Of a stretch of 64,000 nt of DNA, positions 13,047-26,939 are shown piece by piece; the first letter of the stretch is position 1, and each line of letters opens with the position of its first letter. The notes beneath the pieces are model-generated. The model was not told the origin of the DNA. It saw only the letters and a list, made by a program, of their open reading frames with translations, and did not search any database. Source of the stretch: Octopus bimaculoides (lineage: Eukaryota); the NCBI RefSeq assembly GCF_001194135.2, contig NC_068998.1:53481442-53545441 (forward strand). The letters are read 5' to 3'. A program made the position numbers and the translations under genes.

Positions 13047-14135
13047 GATAACCTTATTGTATGGAATACACATAGAAACTTATATCCAACAAAATAATAT
13101 AAGCGTTTAAAAACAAACCTACTATAATACTATAATAGTTATTATAATAGAAGTTTATAGTAGTAATAGATACGGATATAACAGGAACAAAGAAATTAAT
13201 AAAGATTATTACCTTAAAAGGAATAGACATGCCACACTTAATCTAACGTAAATCTCTAAATCTTAAACAGTATATAAAAAAAAAATTAGTTACAGCTAGA
13301 TTTAAGAGTATCTATTTATTGTCTCCTCCTGAATTCAACCTCTCTAATATTATTAGAGAATTTTTCAGAGTATTTTATTTTATTTATGTTGTTCCCATAA
13401 TACTATGCGCATGACAGAGGGCGCAGCCATTTGCACAGGCACGAGGAGGATTAAACATTATGTCGATAAGTATTCTGCCTTTGTTAACTTTTTTACTAAC
13501 TTTTTCTGTATGATTTTGTTTGTTAGATTTTTTAATTAGTTTTATTCAATAAATTTATAACGTATATAGTGGTTTTTACTAAATAATCTTTTTAAATACT
13601 ATTAACTCACGTGGTAATTTATATTTGTATAGATAAGGGTAAATCTTACACTAAATTATGAATTCCCGTGATGTTTATATCGATAGATTGTAGGATTTGA
13701 TGTGTTTATAATATAGTTGTTGAGGCTTTCCTTAGGTTTAGCATTTCCTATAGACATCGGTAATGTAATTTTAGGTGTTTAATTTTTTTCAATTTTTTAA
13801 ATTTAATTTTTTTAAATATATTTGTAATTTAAAAAAAAAAAAATTTTTTATTCATATTCTTATTTTTCTGTTTATTATGACTTATAATATGTATTTTTAA
13901 CTTTGAACCGTAAATAATAATAACAATACGATAAACAGCCTAAGGACGCACTGGTGGATTTATGTATTAGGTATAGCCTTGATTAACAGCGCACAAACAC
14001 CAGTAGCGTTGATTTAAAATATCTTCTTTCCCCACAGACTAATAACAGGTAAGTTATATATATTTTTTCAAATAATTCTATTGTATTTTATATTGGATAT
14101 AACTTTCTATGTGTATTCCATACAATAAGGTTATC
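13047..14135 (+). mobile_element. AT-rich element bounded by 43-bp inverted arms; probable Penelope-like remnant
   Basis: 13047-13089 is the reverse complement of 14093-14135 (42/43 identical); internal stem acgcactggtg/caccagtagcgt preceded by CTAAGGA. Confidence 0.5.
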
Positions 14136-14396
14136 ATAAAAGAGGGAAGCACGCAATAACTTTGGCTTACATATGTTTGTGCTCTAAGAAGCACTCTGCT
14201 GAGAAATGAGTACAACTCTAATATGCTTTGGCTTAATCAGAGACATTGGTAATCGACTCTGTACATGCTTTACTGTAAAACCGAAATACATTGATTTTTA
14301 ACTATTCTTTATTTGTATCGCAACGCCTCAACGAAGTTATAAAATGCATATATATCTGATGCGAAATTTTTATGTTGTCTCCACAAGGTGTATTTT

Positions 14397-14772
14397 GTTG
14401 TTGTTGGTACTCCGTCGCTTACGACGACAAGGGTTCCAGTTGATCCGATCAACGGAATAGCCTGTTCGTGAAATTAACGTGCAAGTGGCTGAGCACTCCA
14501 CAGACACCTGTACCCTTAACATAGTTCTTGGGGATATTCAGCGTGACACAGTGTGACAAGGCTGACCCTTTGAATTACAGGCACAACAGAAACAGGAAGT
14601 TAGAGTGAGAGAAAAGTTGTGGTGAAAGGGTACAGCAGGGTTCACCATCACCCCCTGCTGGAACCTCGTGGAGCTTTAGGCGTTTTTTCTCAATAAACAC
14701 TCAGAACGCCCGATCTGGGAATCGAAAACGCGATCCTATGACTGCCAGTCTGCTGCCCTAACCACTGGACCA
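14397..14772 (-). mobile_element. Near full-length tRNA-derived SINE, type D
   Basis: Reverse-complement head ggtccagtggttagggcagcagactggcagtcataggatcgcgttttcgattccc (A/B boxes); body shared with 22814 and 55139; (CAA)n tail. Confidence 0.9.
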
Positions 14773-15123
14773 AGGTGTATTAAACATACTGGAATTTGAA
14801 TGAAAATTAAAATCAAGGACAAACAAAAAAATAATCGTTATAAATTATACAGGCAACAGAGATCGAATGGAAACGAATATGTGAAAGCATGGATAATTAA
14901 TCGAACTCTAATATTTAATGGTTTTGTTGTTTGGTTGAATATATCTAATTCAAATATCTAATTATATCACATAATTAATTATGACAAACAATGAATTCTT
15001 GATTTTCATACGTATATAATTTTAAAGTTCAGAGTCATTTATCCACAGGACTACAATTACAAACACACACACACACACACACACATTTAAATTTATATCT
15101 ATATTTATATATANNNNNNNNNN

Positions 15124-15160
<37 letters not shown>

Positions 15161-15440
15161 ATATATGTGCATACACTCAAAAATTATGTATATATATATA
15201 TAAATTTATCCATACACATATATTTCTATAAAAATATGCACAAACACACGTATGCATGTACTTACCTGCACATACACACATATAATGCTTGTGATTGAGT
15301 GACTCAGACGGTGATGTTAAACAGACCAACCTATTCAGTAACACAAATAAATTGAGCTTGTGTACGTGCTTGCTTATGCGTGTGTGTGTTCGTGTGGCAA
15401 ATGAAAGACGGAAGAGGGATTATACGAGAATTTATTATTA

Positions 15441-15506
15441 ATCACAACAATTGTTTCGGCACATCTAGCATCGATGTCCGTGCAGATGTATCTGATCGGG
15501 TCGTAA
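15441..15506 (-). ncRNA. Type I hammerhead-like motif of a Penelope-like terminus (degenerate)
   Basis: Reverse complement: CCGATCA (for CTGATGA)-GATACATCT..AGATGTGCC-GAAA-C AATT G-TT; 9-position stem II with one mismatch and one G.U, perfect palindrome ACAATTGT; preceded on + by tttattattaat. Confidence 0.5.
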
Positions 15507-16611
15507 ACAGACTCAACTTGTTAAAATACATACATATAAAAATTACCCCTCCCTCGTTCTATTTCCGTTGACCACCGACTTGTTCAGTCACCCTCCTTCA
15601 TTTCTGAACTTTATTGAAGTTTGAACTTTAATTTTTCAAAAAATTAAATATGCGTTGCAATCACTGCGGAGTATTGCATTTTCATTTGCAAAGTCTCTCA
15701 CTCTAATTCAATGTTTTCATTTCAAATTTTAATTCACTAACTGGAAAACCCACAGTTTATTTTATTAATGTATACGTAATGTTAAAACATTATTTATTGA
15801 ATCGATTTTTTAAAAAATATACTGGTATAAATTTTGTAAAAACAATTAAGAAGTGGTTTTGTTGTTATGGATGTTTCGAACGCTATAAGCCTCACATTAA
15901 TAACTGCCCCTACCCATTTTGGCTATTTTCTTTTTTAACTTAAAAACCATGGGAGTAGCCTTTTCGTTAGAAAAAAGTATTTTCGGAGGAAAAGGTGAAC
16001 AATTCAAGGGAGATTTTGTTGTGTCTAGCAGAAACCAAACCACCATCCGTTTTCACTCTCACATGTATTGATGTTCTTTCAATATTTCTTTCCCATTAAA
16101 CACATTGTATGGAATGATGATGTGGAAGTAACGCACGTGTGGTCCATTGGTAGAATATAAGCAATATCAAAAATGTAATCTAAATTTTTACCCCACCTCA
16201 CTCAAGCGAAGACGTGTGTCTGTGTGTAAGAAAAAAAAACATCTTCGAACAAAAACGTATGTTATTAAAATGAACTGGCGTTATGCTTTTTTTAAGAATC
16301 ATTTAAAGCGAAATATGTATATACATTGTTCATGGGCTCACATATATAGGCCTACTTACATATGTATCTATTTATGCCAGGGAAATTCAATAAAAGAAAT
16401 AGAGCCAAAACCGAATCATAATTGAACGAATAAGGGATTAGATCCGTACGCAAAAACCGGTAGTTTTCTAAATATTGCAGCGAACAGTGCATGCGTTAGC
16501 TTCACATGTAGACTGAGTAAACGATCATCAGAGAACAGCAGTCAATAAGATACTTAATGTGCATAATTAGCACATTTTCTCTTAATGTACACACGCAAAC
16601 ATTGATATGTT

Positions 16612-16650
<39 letters not shown>

Positions 16651-17005
16651 TACATGAATATATAAAGCCATACGTACATACAAACATACATACGTAGATA
16701 CATACATACAAGCATGCATACAGACAGACAGCCGGGCAGATAGACGGACTTTCGTACGTCCATACATACATAGAGGAGACATGTATACGCTGATTGTTCT
16801 TCTGCTCACCCAGGGGTGTATAATTAATAGATATGTATTGCAATTAGCACGAATTCAAGTAGGTTAGCAGCTAATCAATTTGATTAACTGTTATTGCTTT
16901 AAACAATGTGCGTGGATAATTATAATTGTTTATTACGGTAAATTAAATATTTTTGACAACACATTTTTTCGTCACGTATTTTTCAGTATATGCGTTTGTA
17001 TAGTG

Positions 17006-17041
<36 letters not shown>

Positions 17042-17059
17042 ATATATATATGGTGGTTG

Positions 17060-17450
17060 TGTATTCCATATGCAGAGCCTGACCACCTCGTGTATATACA
17101 CGTTAGATACATATGGCGTCTGATATGGCTTTTTAAACCAGACAATGTTTTCAAAAGACTCCGACATAGATTGCACATTCGATTTGGACCACCAAAAGCT
17201 GCAATTAAGTTCTGATCTTTGTGGATCTTAAAATGTCTTTTGAGTCCTCCGTTAAATTTGCAGACCTTATGGCATACATGGCACCTTTTGCTTTTAATAC
17301 TGATTCCGTCGCAATTGATACATTTTTTGGTAACTGCTGCCTATTTGCGCCACCAGCTTCTAAAATGATGCTGATCTTCTATTTATCGTATCAATGAGAT
17401 TTCATTGGCATGCAGTGACCGGACGCTTCCCATGAATCATGATATATCGT
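17060..17450 (-). mobile_element. RTE-like LINE 3' end encoding two C2H2 zinc fingers
   Basis: Open frame from 17340: CHVCHKVCKFNGGLKRHFKIH and CNLCRSLLKTLSGLKSHIRRH (both C-x2-C-x12-H-x3-H); upstream DSWEA remnant with stops; no TGEKP linker. Confidence 0.65.
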
Positions 17451-18620
17451 AAAAATGATGTAGAAATTCCGGTGCCGATGATAGAGGGTTTCTCGTCTAC
17501 TGCGATCTATGTGTGTGTGTTTTATGCTTCTAGCGCCAATAGGAACTCGTCTCTCAAGGTTAATAACACAGTGTTTTGTGTTCTAACAAAGCATCCATGT
17601 TAAGTTGAGGAGGGCGTTAACCTTATAGATATACATATACAATGCCTGAATATGTAGGACTGTCTGTGTGCAAAAATATTTATCTGTGTGTGTAGTGAAC
17701 CTGACATTTGTAACTTTTGATATATTTCCTCGGAAATGTGAAATAGTCAGCAAAAAAAAAAATGGGTTAATCCTTGACGAGTTTTCAATTTTATTTTAGA
17801 ATTTGTGCAGCTGAACGCGAGAGCATAAAGGTGTTTAGTACGGATAGGCATCAGCTTGGGATTCTGTATAATATTTTATTTAGTTTTCAGAGCGTATACC
17901 TGAAATGCAAGAGGAGCTAGATGTCATTTCCCGATAATCTCGATTCTTGCAAACATGGTCTCTTGCGTTTTGCGAAGGGAACTTCAGAGTTGATCGAGCC
18001 GTATATATGTATATATGGTGGTTCGTTCAAAGAGAAATATAAAAACCGGTCCTTTGAACTACAATGTTTATTATACCTATATCTACAACTCTGTGGAATG
18101 AGAGAGAGAGAGAGACTCTTCACAAATAAAGCCTATAAAACATATCTAAGGGCATCCATGTCAAAATTTCAGGAAATACAAAATAAGCTAAAACTTGATG
18201 GATATGCCATCTACCGCAATTTACGCAGTTCTAAAGTTGGAAAAAATTGCTTTAATGTGGGTAACGGATATTGGTTTTGATATTTCTGTATATTATTGTT
18301 TATCATATTTTTTTTTTTTTTTTGATACATGCAAAATACTAACATCTGCAGACGATTAACTGCAAACTTTGGATATTATCTCACAGCGGAATACCACTCG
18401 GTATTTGTAATAAAACTCTGTTGAGACTATTTCCATAATATACATATGATGGGTTTTTTTCTATGCAATTAAATTATTGATAGGGTTCAATACTTTCATG
18501 TTGTGTTTTAGCTGCTCAGTTTAACTTCTGTAATAAACAATTTATTTCTATAATTGCTCCTAATATACAATCTTTTAAATTAGAAGCACGAGCACGCTAT
18601 AAATACATTTTCCTGAATAA

Positions 18621-18656
<36 letters not shown>

Positions 18657-19694
18657 NNNNNNNNNNNTGAGAGTGAGTGAAAAATGGTTCCATCATAATA
18701 ATTTACAAACTCCGAGAGGAGCTAATCTCGAAGTAGATAAAGCTTAAAATGATGCGTGTAAAAATTGGCTTACAAAGATCTTCGGATGGAAAAAGTCGAA
18801 GACTACTCTCGGGACTAGAAACTACATCTTCCGCAATGATGACAGATTTTCTACAACTATTTATAGCTGTATCTGCTCCAAGTTCCTCAGTAAATTTGCT
18901 GGGTCTGTAGCTTGCTATGGTTCCATGTTAATCCAGGAATTTCGAAATTAGGTAGATTCTAACATCGTTTATAATGAATTTCACATAAGCATTCCAGACG
19001 TCGAGATACAGTTTCATTCACGTTTGACGTTTGTCTGTATACAACAGCTGATTTCATATTTCGTTATTTCAAACAAAATTACGTGTATTCATTCCGATGT
19101 GTAAGATTTGTGATGAAAGTACATCACAGGAAGAAATATTTATGACGCAAATATCATTACTGAAAGATATTTAACGATGTCAAACATAGAAACACGTCTG
19201 AGATAATAAGGATAGTATGGATCCGTCATATTTCTTAGCAGGCTACAGAGAAACGCTAAAACTTAGAATATATATATGTAAGTGTACATAGATACATAGA
19301 CATACGCGCACACACAGATGAACACATGTATACATGTAATTATATGTATATATATATATATATATANNNNNNNNNNNNNNNNNNNNNNNNNNNNNNNNNN
19401 NNNNNNNNNNNNNNNNNNNNNNNNNNNNNNNNNNNNNNNNNNNNNNNNNNNNNNNNNNNNNNNNNNNNNNNNNNNNNNNNNNNNNNNNNNNNNNNNNNNN
19501 NNNNNNNNNNNNNNNNNNNNNNNNNNNNNNNNNNNNNNNNNNNNNNNNNNNNNNNNNNNNNNNNNNNNNNNNNNNNNNNNNNNNNNNNNNNNNNNNNNNN
19601 NNNNNNNNNNNNNNNNNNNNNNNNNNNNNNNNNNNNNNNNNNNNNNNNNNNNNNNNNNNNNNNNNNNNNNNNNNNNNNNNNNNNNNNNNNNNNN

Positions 19695-19738
<44 letters not shown>

Positions 19739-22650
19739 CAATATATAAGTATATGTACGTATGTATGTGTGTATTAAGATGTATATTTGTAAATAATAAG
19801 CACAATTGCATATACACACGTAATAGAAAATATTAACCATGTACAGAGCTGGTATAAATGTAAATATGACGACCAGCATAACAGCACGTGACGTAGGGGA
19901 GACAAGTTGTAATACATGTAACTACTCATGATGGAGATTTCATGTCCTAATAGAGGAGAAAGATTAACCTAAATTGTTGTAATTCACAGATACAAAAAAT
20001 CGTAGTGACGATCAACCTAAATAGTTATTGCATGCTGGCTATGTGATAAAATCCTATATAAATTTTATATATATATATATATATATACCCACACACACAC
20101 ACAAACAGTCACTCACACATGCACTCACATATTCATACGGGTATGAGAGTTGGATGCAAAATGAAATTATGAAGTTATGAGATATAGAAATATTAGTATA
20201 TTGTATAAATGGCTATTCCTTAAGGATTATTAAAATATAAATATTCATCTTCGACAGGGATTTGAGGTCTGGCCTCATATTATTAAACGAGTAGTATAAT
20301 AACTAGTTTAATGTAAATTATAAATTGGGTAAATTGAATTCCTATTTGAAGTCTGTAGGCGTTTTTAACTACAACTAACTATTGAAATGTTAAATAAATA
20401 CTACAGTAGCTGAAGCCAATATTTTTTTTCTAATTCTCTATATTTTACTTTCTTTTTATTAATAGTAGTATCCTTGTTGCTTATTCTAATTATTGATTTT
20501 TTTCTCCGTGTAAATAGATTTACAATATCCATATATCTAAACATATGCCTATGAAATATTTTGAGGTTTTGATATAAATAAACAATTCCCCAAATCTCTG
20601 CTCCTATATATCATGACTTTCTCAGTTGCGAATATTCCAAATCCTTCAGGAATTCAAATTGAAAGAAAATTCTGAGATTTTGGCTAACTTTAACTTGGCT
20701 ACCCAGATGCCAGTAAATAGTGTAAACCATGAACCATAAATATATTCTAAAATAAAGAAAAAAAAGACATTTAAATGACGTGATGAACATGATGCCGAAT
20801 ATATATCTGAAGATAGAGATTGTAAATCAAATTCACGAAAAAGACAAAAAAAGTATAAATATATACTTGTATATCTTCCCAAACAAATATTTCAGACAAT
20901 TACACAGTGTTGTATTCTCATGAATTATAGAGTTTCCAAACTATATCATCTTCAGAATGTTAATTCACATTGGTAATACTTTTTCATCGGTAAGAGAATG
21001 AACGTGTTACTGAAGCTGGGAATACGAAAGGCCATTTCGTTAAACAACAACAAAAAAAGAGTAAAAAATTGTTTGTTGACTTCAAATCTTTATCCAAATA
21101 TTTATAGCATTCTATCGCGAAAGTTTAGATATATCATAGAAAATATCTTCAAAAGTAAATATTGTATTTGTTTCGTTTTAAGATGGCAGGAGATTTTTAA
21201 ATAGATACTGACATTAACAGACAATTATGTACACAGTCTAAGATTCATTGATTAGTCCGTGTCTCTTTAAGATATAAATTAATTTTTTGTGCAACAACAA
21301 TTTAATTATACTTTCCCAAACTGTTTATTTGAACAAAAACATAATCAGGATATCTCCAAAACGCAATCTGTAATAGAATGCTACTTAAAAATTTGTCTGC
21401 ATATATCCAAAGAAAACAATACCCCTATATTTCTATCTAGACATATTATAGCAGAACAAAAAACTATTGGTAGAATTACAATGCTACTACTTACCATACA
21501 AATTGTGCTGACCTAACCTATCGTATTGGCGATTTTAAAACTAAAATTGCGCCGCAAAAACACAAATAATTGGAACTTCGAATTTTGAGAAGGTCTGTTC
21601 AAACTCTGATAAATAATTTGTGAATAATAGAGTTATCTATGATAAATAACCTTTAGCTTTGAGAGTACAAACACGAAATGTTTTCGCTTTATGAGTATAT
21701 TTTCAATATTATTGGTAGATTAATTATACACAAACATAACTGACATCACAAGAAATGAACAGTTGCCCTGATCAGAATTTGGACATTGCTCAGTTACCAC
21801 TGATTACATTGCCAACATAAGTTTAGACGGATCATTATTTTGGAATATATTTTGAAAATCTATCAGAAACAACCATCATAACACATTCCTGATGGATTCC
21901 TTATTGCCATCAAACGAGACTATGGGGATTATCCATATAATCTCCCTTTTTGTCCTCTGCTACATAAATCTCTCAGGTGATCTTTTCTTTCGGCCTTTTA
22001 GCCCCATTTCCATGGCTCCAGAGCCATGACAACTCACTAAAAAGCAGCAGCTCGACCAAGAGAGTATGAAACGAAATACTACACAACTTTTATGCAAGTG
22101 CATTCAATAACAGATGAGTTAATTATAAAATCATTTTTATATATCAAGGCAGTAGCAGAGAATTAAAATTGCATGCTCCAGCCGAAAGTGGATTACAGGC
22201 TTTCACGCAGTAACTCTTGTCAGGAAAATATCTAAGAATTGTTCTCATACGATTTTCCGATTTTCAATATTTTACATCTTCCTGGTTTAAAAATAAACAA
22301 GTATCACAAATGCCCAAACATTGTGTTATTTCAATGAATAGAACTATTTATTAAAGACAAATAATAATTACTACGAGGAAGTTTATCAGAAAGCTCACGA
22401 GATCATTAAATTTAAATGTACTTTTCAAATATTTGTATATGGCTATATTTTGTTTACACTCAAAGATGTAGAAAAAAAATCGCAGCTATATTCCGTTTCG
22501 TGGATCTTAGATGATTTTTTCCCATTCTGCGAGTAAGACAGACTGATGACGTGTGCAAATGTTAAATAACGGGGTTGATTAATAAATTTATGACTATAGA
22601 ACGACCACAGATACAGACATATGTTTACACGCATCGACATAATTACGCGT

Positions 22651-22683
<33 letters not shown>

Positions 22684-22813
22684 NNNNNNNNNNATATATA
22701 ATCACAACCTATTGCTCAAAGTAAAAATATATTTGTTGGAACTCCGATAACATGGAAGACACAATAGTTTAGCTTAATTAATTCATAAAGCAAAGAGAGG
22801 TGAGTAAATTAAG

Positions 22814-23113
22814 CTGGCACTCGGCGACAGAGGTTCCAATTGGTTTGATCAAGTTACCAGCGAGCGCGGGACATTGCAGTGCCTGAGTTCTCCGTAGACA
22901 TGCATACCTTTATCGTAGTTGTCAGAGAGATTCAGCGTGACACAGAATGAAACAAAGCTGGCCTTTTCAATTAGAGGTACAATTCATTTTTGTCACGTGA
23001 GTGGAATTGAGCAACGCGTAGATAATCTTCGTACTGCAAGACACAAATCCACCGTCGGTATTCGAACCCATGACCTACGATCGTGAGCTGCATGACTTAA
23101 TCACTACGCCAAG
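22814..23113 (-). mobile_element. tRNA-derived SINE, type E (different head, D-type body)
   Basis: Reverse-complement head tggcgtagtgattaag...gggttcgaataccg; body cagcgtgacacag...ttcaattagaggtaca homologous to 14540-14585. Confidence 0.8.
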
Positions 23114-23184
23114 CAAGCACCTTCACTCCTGACTAAGTATGTCGCACATGACAATAAAATAACTGCTACCCTATGTATGTATAG

Positions 23185-23243
<59 letters not shown>

Positions 23244-24271
23244 TGATGTTTTGTAGAGGCAGAATGGCTGTTTCTAAGCTTGACTTGTCGTGTGCACGTG
23301 TACAGTTGAAGAACTTGAAATAGAGAGATGCCCTTAATGACTTACAAATTTTCGCTCTACAACTCATCGATTGTATTTGGGGAATAGGCATTATTTTACT
23401 CCATACTTTTTGGATAAACTCTAGCATTTCTAGTTTTGGGTTTTTGGTTGATGCAAATCTGTTCTTAAGAAACAAATGAAAATATTACTGTTGGATATTA
23501 AATCTTTATATTTCTCATTAGTTCTCGATAAATGTTCTAATTTTCCCACTTAGTCAAGAGACAATAGTAAAGATGCTTCTAAAAAGCTTTATCTCTCTGC
23601 CTAAATTATAATTTTGCATTAGTACTTATGACTATTGTTGCAATTTTTGTTATATTACTATGTGTTGAAATGATAATTTAATGTCTTTGATAATATGTCT
23701 GGTGTAGTAGGAACAACCTGTGTCTAAACAGCAATTAGGAATATGCAGCACTTTTCTGGAATCAATACATGCTGGCGTGTAAAGAACAACGTGTAGACGT
23801 TATCGTGTGTTCATCCAAATGTTGGACGCCTCCACTGATGAACATTGACGCAACACAAGATATAAATTTGATATTGTTTAAAACGATTTTTTCTAATTAC
23901 TTCTTAATATTACTTCTCACAGCTGTTTCAGCCACATGAATTAATAATATTGCATTACATGGCAGAAATCGTCCTGTTGTTATANNNNNNNNNNNNNNNN
24001 NNNNNNNNNNNNNNNNNNNNNNNNNNNNNNNNNNNNNNNNNNNNNNNNNNNNNNNNNNNNNNNNNNNNNNNNNNNNNNNNNNNNNNNNNNNNNNNNNNNN
24101 NNNNNNNNNNNNNNNNNNNNNNNNNNNNNNNNNNNNNNNNNNNNNNNNNNNNNNNNNNNNNNNNNNNNNNNNNNNNNNNNNNNNNNNNNNNNNNNNNNNN
24201 NNNNNNNNNNNNNNNNNNAAATGAATAATATATATATATATATAGGAGCACCGCCTTATATATATTATTCA

Positions 24272-24410
24272 TTTACTTGTCTCAGTCATCTGACTGCGGC
24301 CATACAGGAGCACCGCCTTTAGTCGAATAAGTTGACCCCAGAACTTATTTTTGCAAGCCTAGTAGTTACTCCATCGGTCCCTTATGGCAAACTGGTAAAT
24401 TACCGGGACT
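24272..24410 (-). mobile_element. SINE type C
   Basis: cagtcatctgactgcggccatacaggagcaccgcctttagtcga...gaccccag is the reverse complement of 31330-31415. Confidence 0.85.
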
Positions 24411-26720
24411 GGATCTTTTCACTTAAATATAACTATCGTCTTTAACAGAAGTCAATAAGAACCAAAGAAAATAATTAGGTGATCTTATTTGCTTCGAGGC
24501 CGATGCTTTTTATCGCTGTTTCTTTTCCGTCTTTTGTTTGGTCATAGAATTCGCTTCTCTGTCATGTCGATAGAAATAGGCATTTCGTTTATGTTCCCAA
24601 TAAATGAAAAACTGTAGCCTTTCATCTGCTGATTTCTGATTAAAAACAGGATGAAACTGTAATATATTATCTTTTTGATCAGCTGGCAGCCTTTGGGAGA
24701 TCTTAGATATTATCCGAAGAAGTAAGTCGAAAAACCCTTCCATCATGCAGTTTGAAATCGAATGTAAACTGCGTTGCCAAGAGATGTGACGAAGAGATTT
24801 TTGCTTCTTCAATAAACTGTAAGCTAACGTCCTGAGGAAATCTGTAATGCAACCTCTTGACAAACACATGTCGGTCTGACATGCGGGAAGAAATAGAATC
24901 GAATTTTAGACGTGGTATATGGAAATAATTTAACATTATTTCAAGAAAAATAGGGAGTCGAATTTTGCAGTATACACAATACTTCATATGTGAAGCTAGA
25001 TACACAATATAAGGGGCTCATAAATAAAAATAAAATGGCATTGACTATATTTTTGCTAGATTAGGAATGACCTGAATCTAAGAAAGAATTTGGATTACTG
25101 AAGCAATTTGGGGGAAATTGTATATGCTGGCACGTGAAAAGAAAAATACATATAAAGATGATCGTGTTTTTATCCCAAAATTGGCGTAACTGAGCACATA
25201 AATTTCATGTACTTTCAAATGGCGTTTTGTTATCACTAATTCACATAGCTGTGGAGCTATATGAGTTCGTAAATGTTGCACCACATCGTATAAATCATGC
25301 TGTTGGTATATANNNNNNNNNNNNNNNNNNNNNNNNNNNNNNNNNNNNNNNNNNNNNNNNNNNNNNNNNNNNNNNNNNNNNNNNNNNNNNNNNNNNNNNN
25401 NNNNNNNNNNNNNNNNNNNNNNNNNNNNNNNNNNNNNNNNNNNNNNNNNNNNNNNNNNNNNNNNNNNNNNNNNNNNNNNNNNNNNNNNNNNNNNNNNNNN
25501 NNNNNNNNNNNNNNNNNNNNNNNNNNNNNNNNNNNNNNNNNNNNNNNNNNNNNNNNNNNNNNNNNNNNNNNNNNNNNNNNNNNNNNNNNNNNNNNNNNNN
25601 NNNNNNNNNNNNNNNNNNNNNNNNNNNNNNNNNNNNNNNNNNNNNNNNNNNNNNNNNNNNNNNNNNNNNNNNNNNNNNNNNNATATATATATATATATAT
25701 AAATGTTCCTGTATATATATTTGTAGAAGCCAGATAACCTTAAAGATCATTTCATTCACAATTAGCACTATGGAGAATATTTACGGACAAATGCTTCCAA
25801 GACATCATCTTCACTTAAATTATATATTTACATTAGTATATTTGGTGCAATTAAATTTACATTAGTATTATTGATGCAATTACATTAGCTATATTACTAA
25901 TTGAAATGATAATGTCGCAAAGCTTGGATTTTCAGTAAAATAAATTTGAATAACTAAAGGATGTGTTTACATTATTTACATTATTACACGGTAACAATGA
26001 GGAATATATGAACATGTACTTTACCAAGACTGCAATCTGCGCACTCTGATGTAGCAGTTCATAAACTCGCAAGGTAAGTTAGTTAATATTTAATACTTTT
26101 AATTGTATAGGAATAGGGGTACACACAGATATTACAGAAATTTAATAACATACAAGTCCAGTAGGGCAGAAATTTAGTGAACATTCTACCTCCAGCAAAA
26201 ACTAATCATTGAAAATATTATTAATGTTTATATTTAGCCATACTTCATTGAAAATACTTTAATCAAACTACAACATTTAAGGGACATAGAAAAAAAACAA
26301 CAACATTCAACTACGGATAATATAAAAAAATATAAGAATATATTTCGATTAATCCATCTATTAAATAGAGTTGAGTAACTATGTCGTGAAACGCGATAAA
26401 TTAACTGCCACATAAGGTCAGGCATTAAATTAAATAGGCGTTTGCCTCCATTATCACCCCTTACGATTCTTTTATTGAATTTAGACAATCGAGTTAATAT
26501 TGGTTTGCAAGCTATTGTGAATGTAGAATGTTTCATTGTGCATCCAATTTTTGTTCTATCACAAGGGAAATATTAATTAAACTTCATGATTGACACTTGG
26601 GACCAATGTCAAATTTCAGATAAGTTTGTTCGATGTTCAAAATCTCTGTTTATGACAACTTATGAAATAAAATTAGACGCCACAGGAGAAAGAAAATAAC
26701 TACATTGATTGCTATAATAT

Positions 26721-26758
<38 letters not shown>

Positions 26759-26939
26759 TATATCATAAATGTAGTTTCTGTGTCACTAGATACTACAATA
26801 ATCACAACATCAACAAGATACTACAATAAACACAAAGCCAACAACACAAATGATAATAAAAAAAATGTTTCAAACTTTGACTCCTTCGATGCTAAGTCGT
26901 GGACTTCAGATGATGGCAAATCGTTGGCTCGGCATGTGG

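Noticed and set aside
14700-14772. tRNA-like sequences here and at 23040-23110 and 29940-30015 as real tRNA genes
   Set aside because: No complete cloverleaf; they continue into or match SINE bodies
20646-20730. Possible exon after ttcag (EFKLKENSEILANFNLATQMP)
   Set aside because: Short, no recognisable domain, no partner exons
24219-24274. 18-bp perfect inverted repeat around a copy of ggagcaccgcct
   Set aside because: Directly at a contig end, largely TA, and duplicates adjacent SINE sequence; probable assembly artefact
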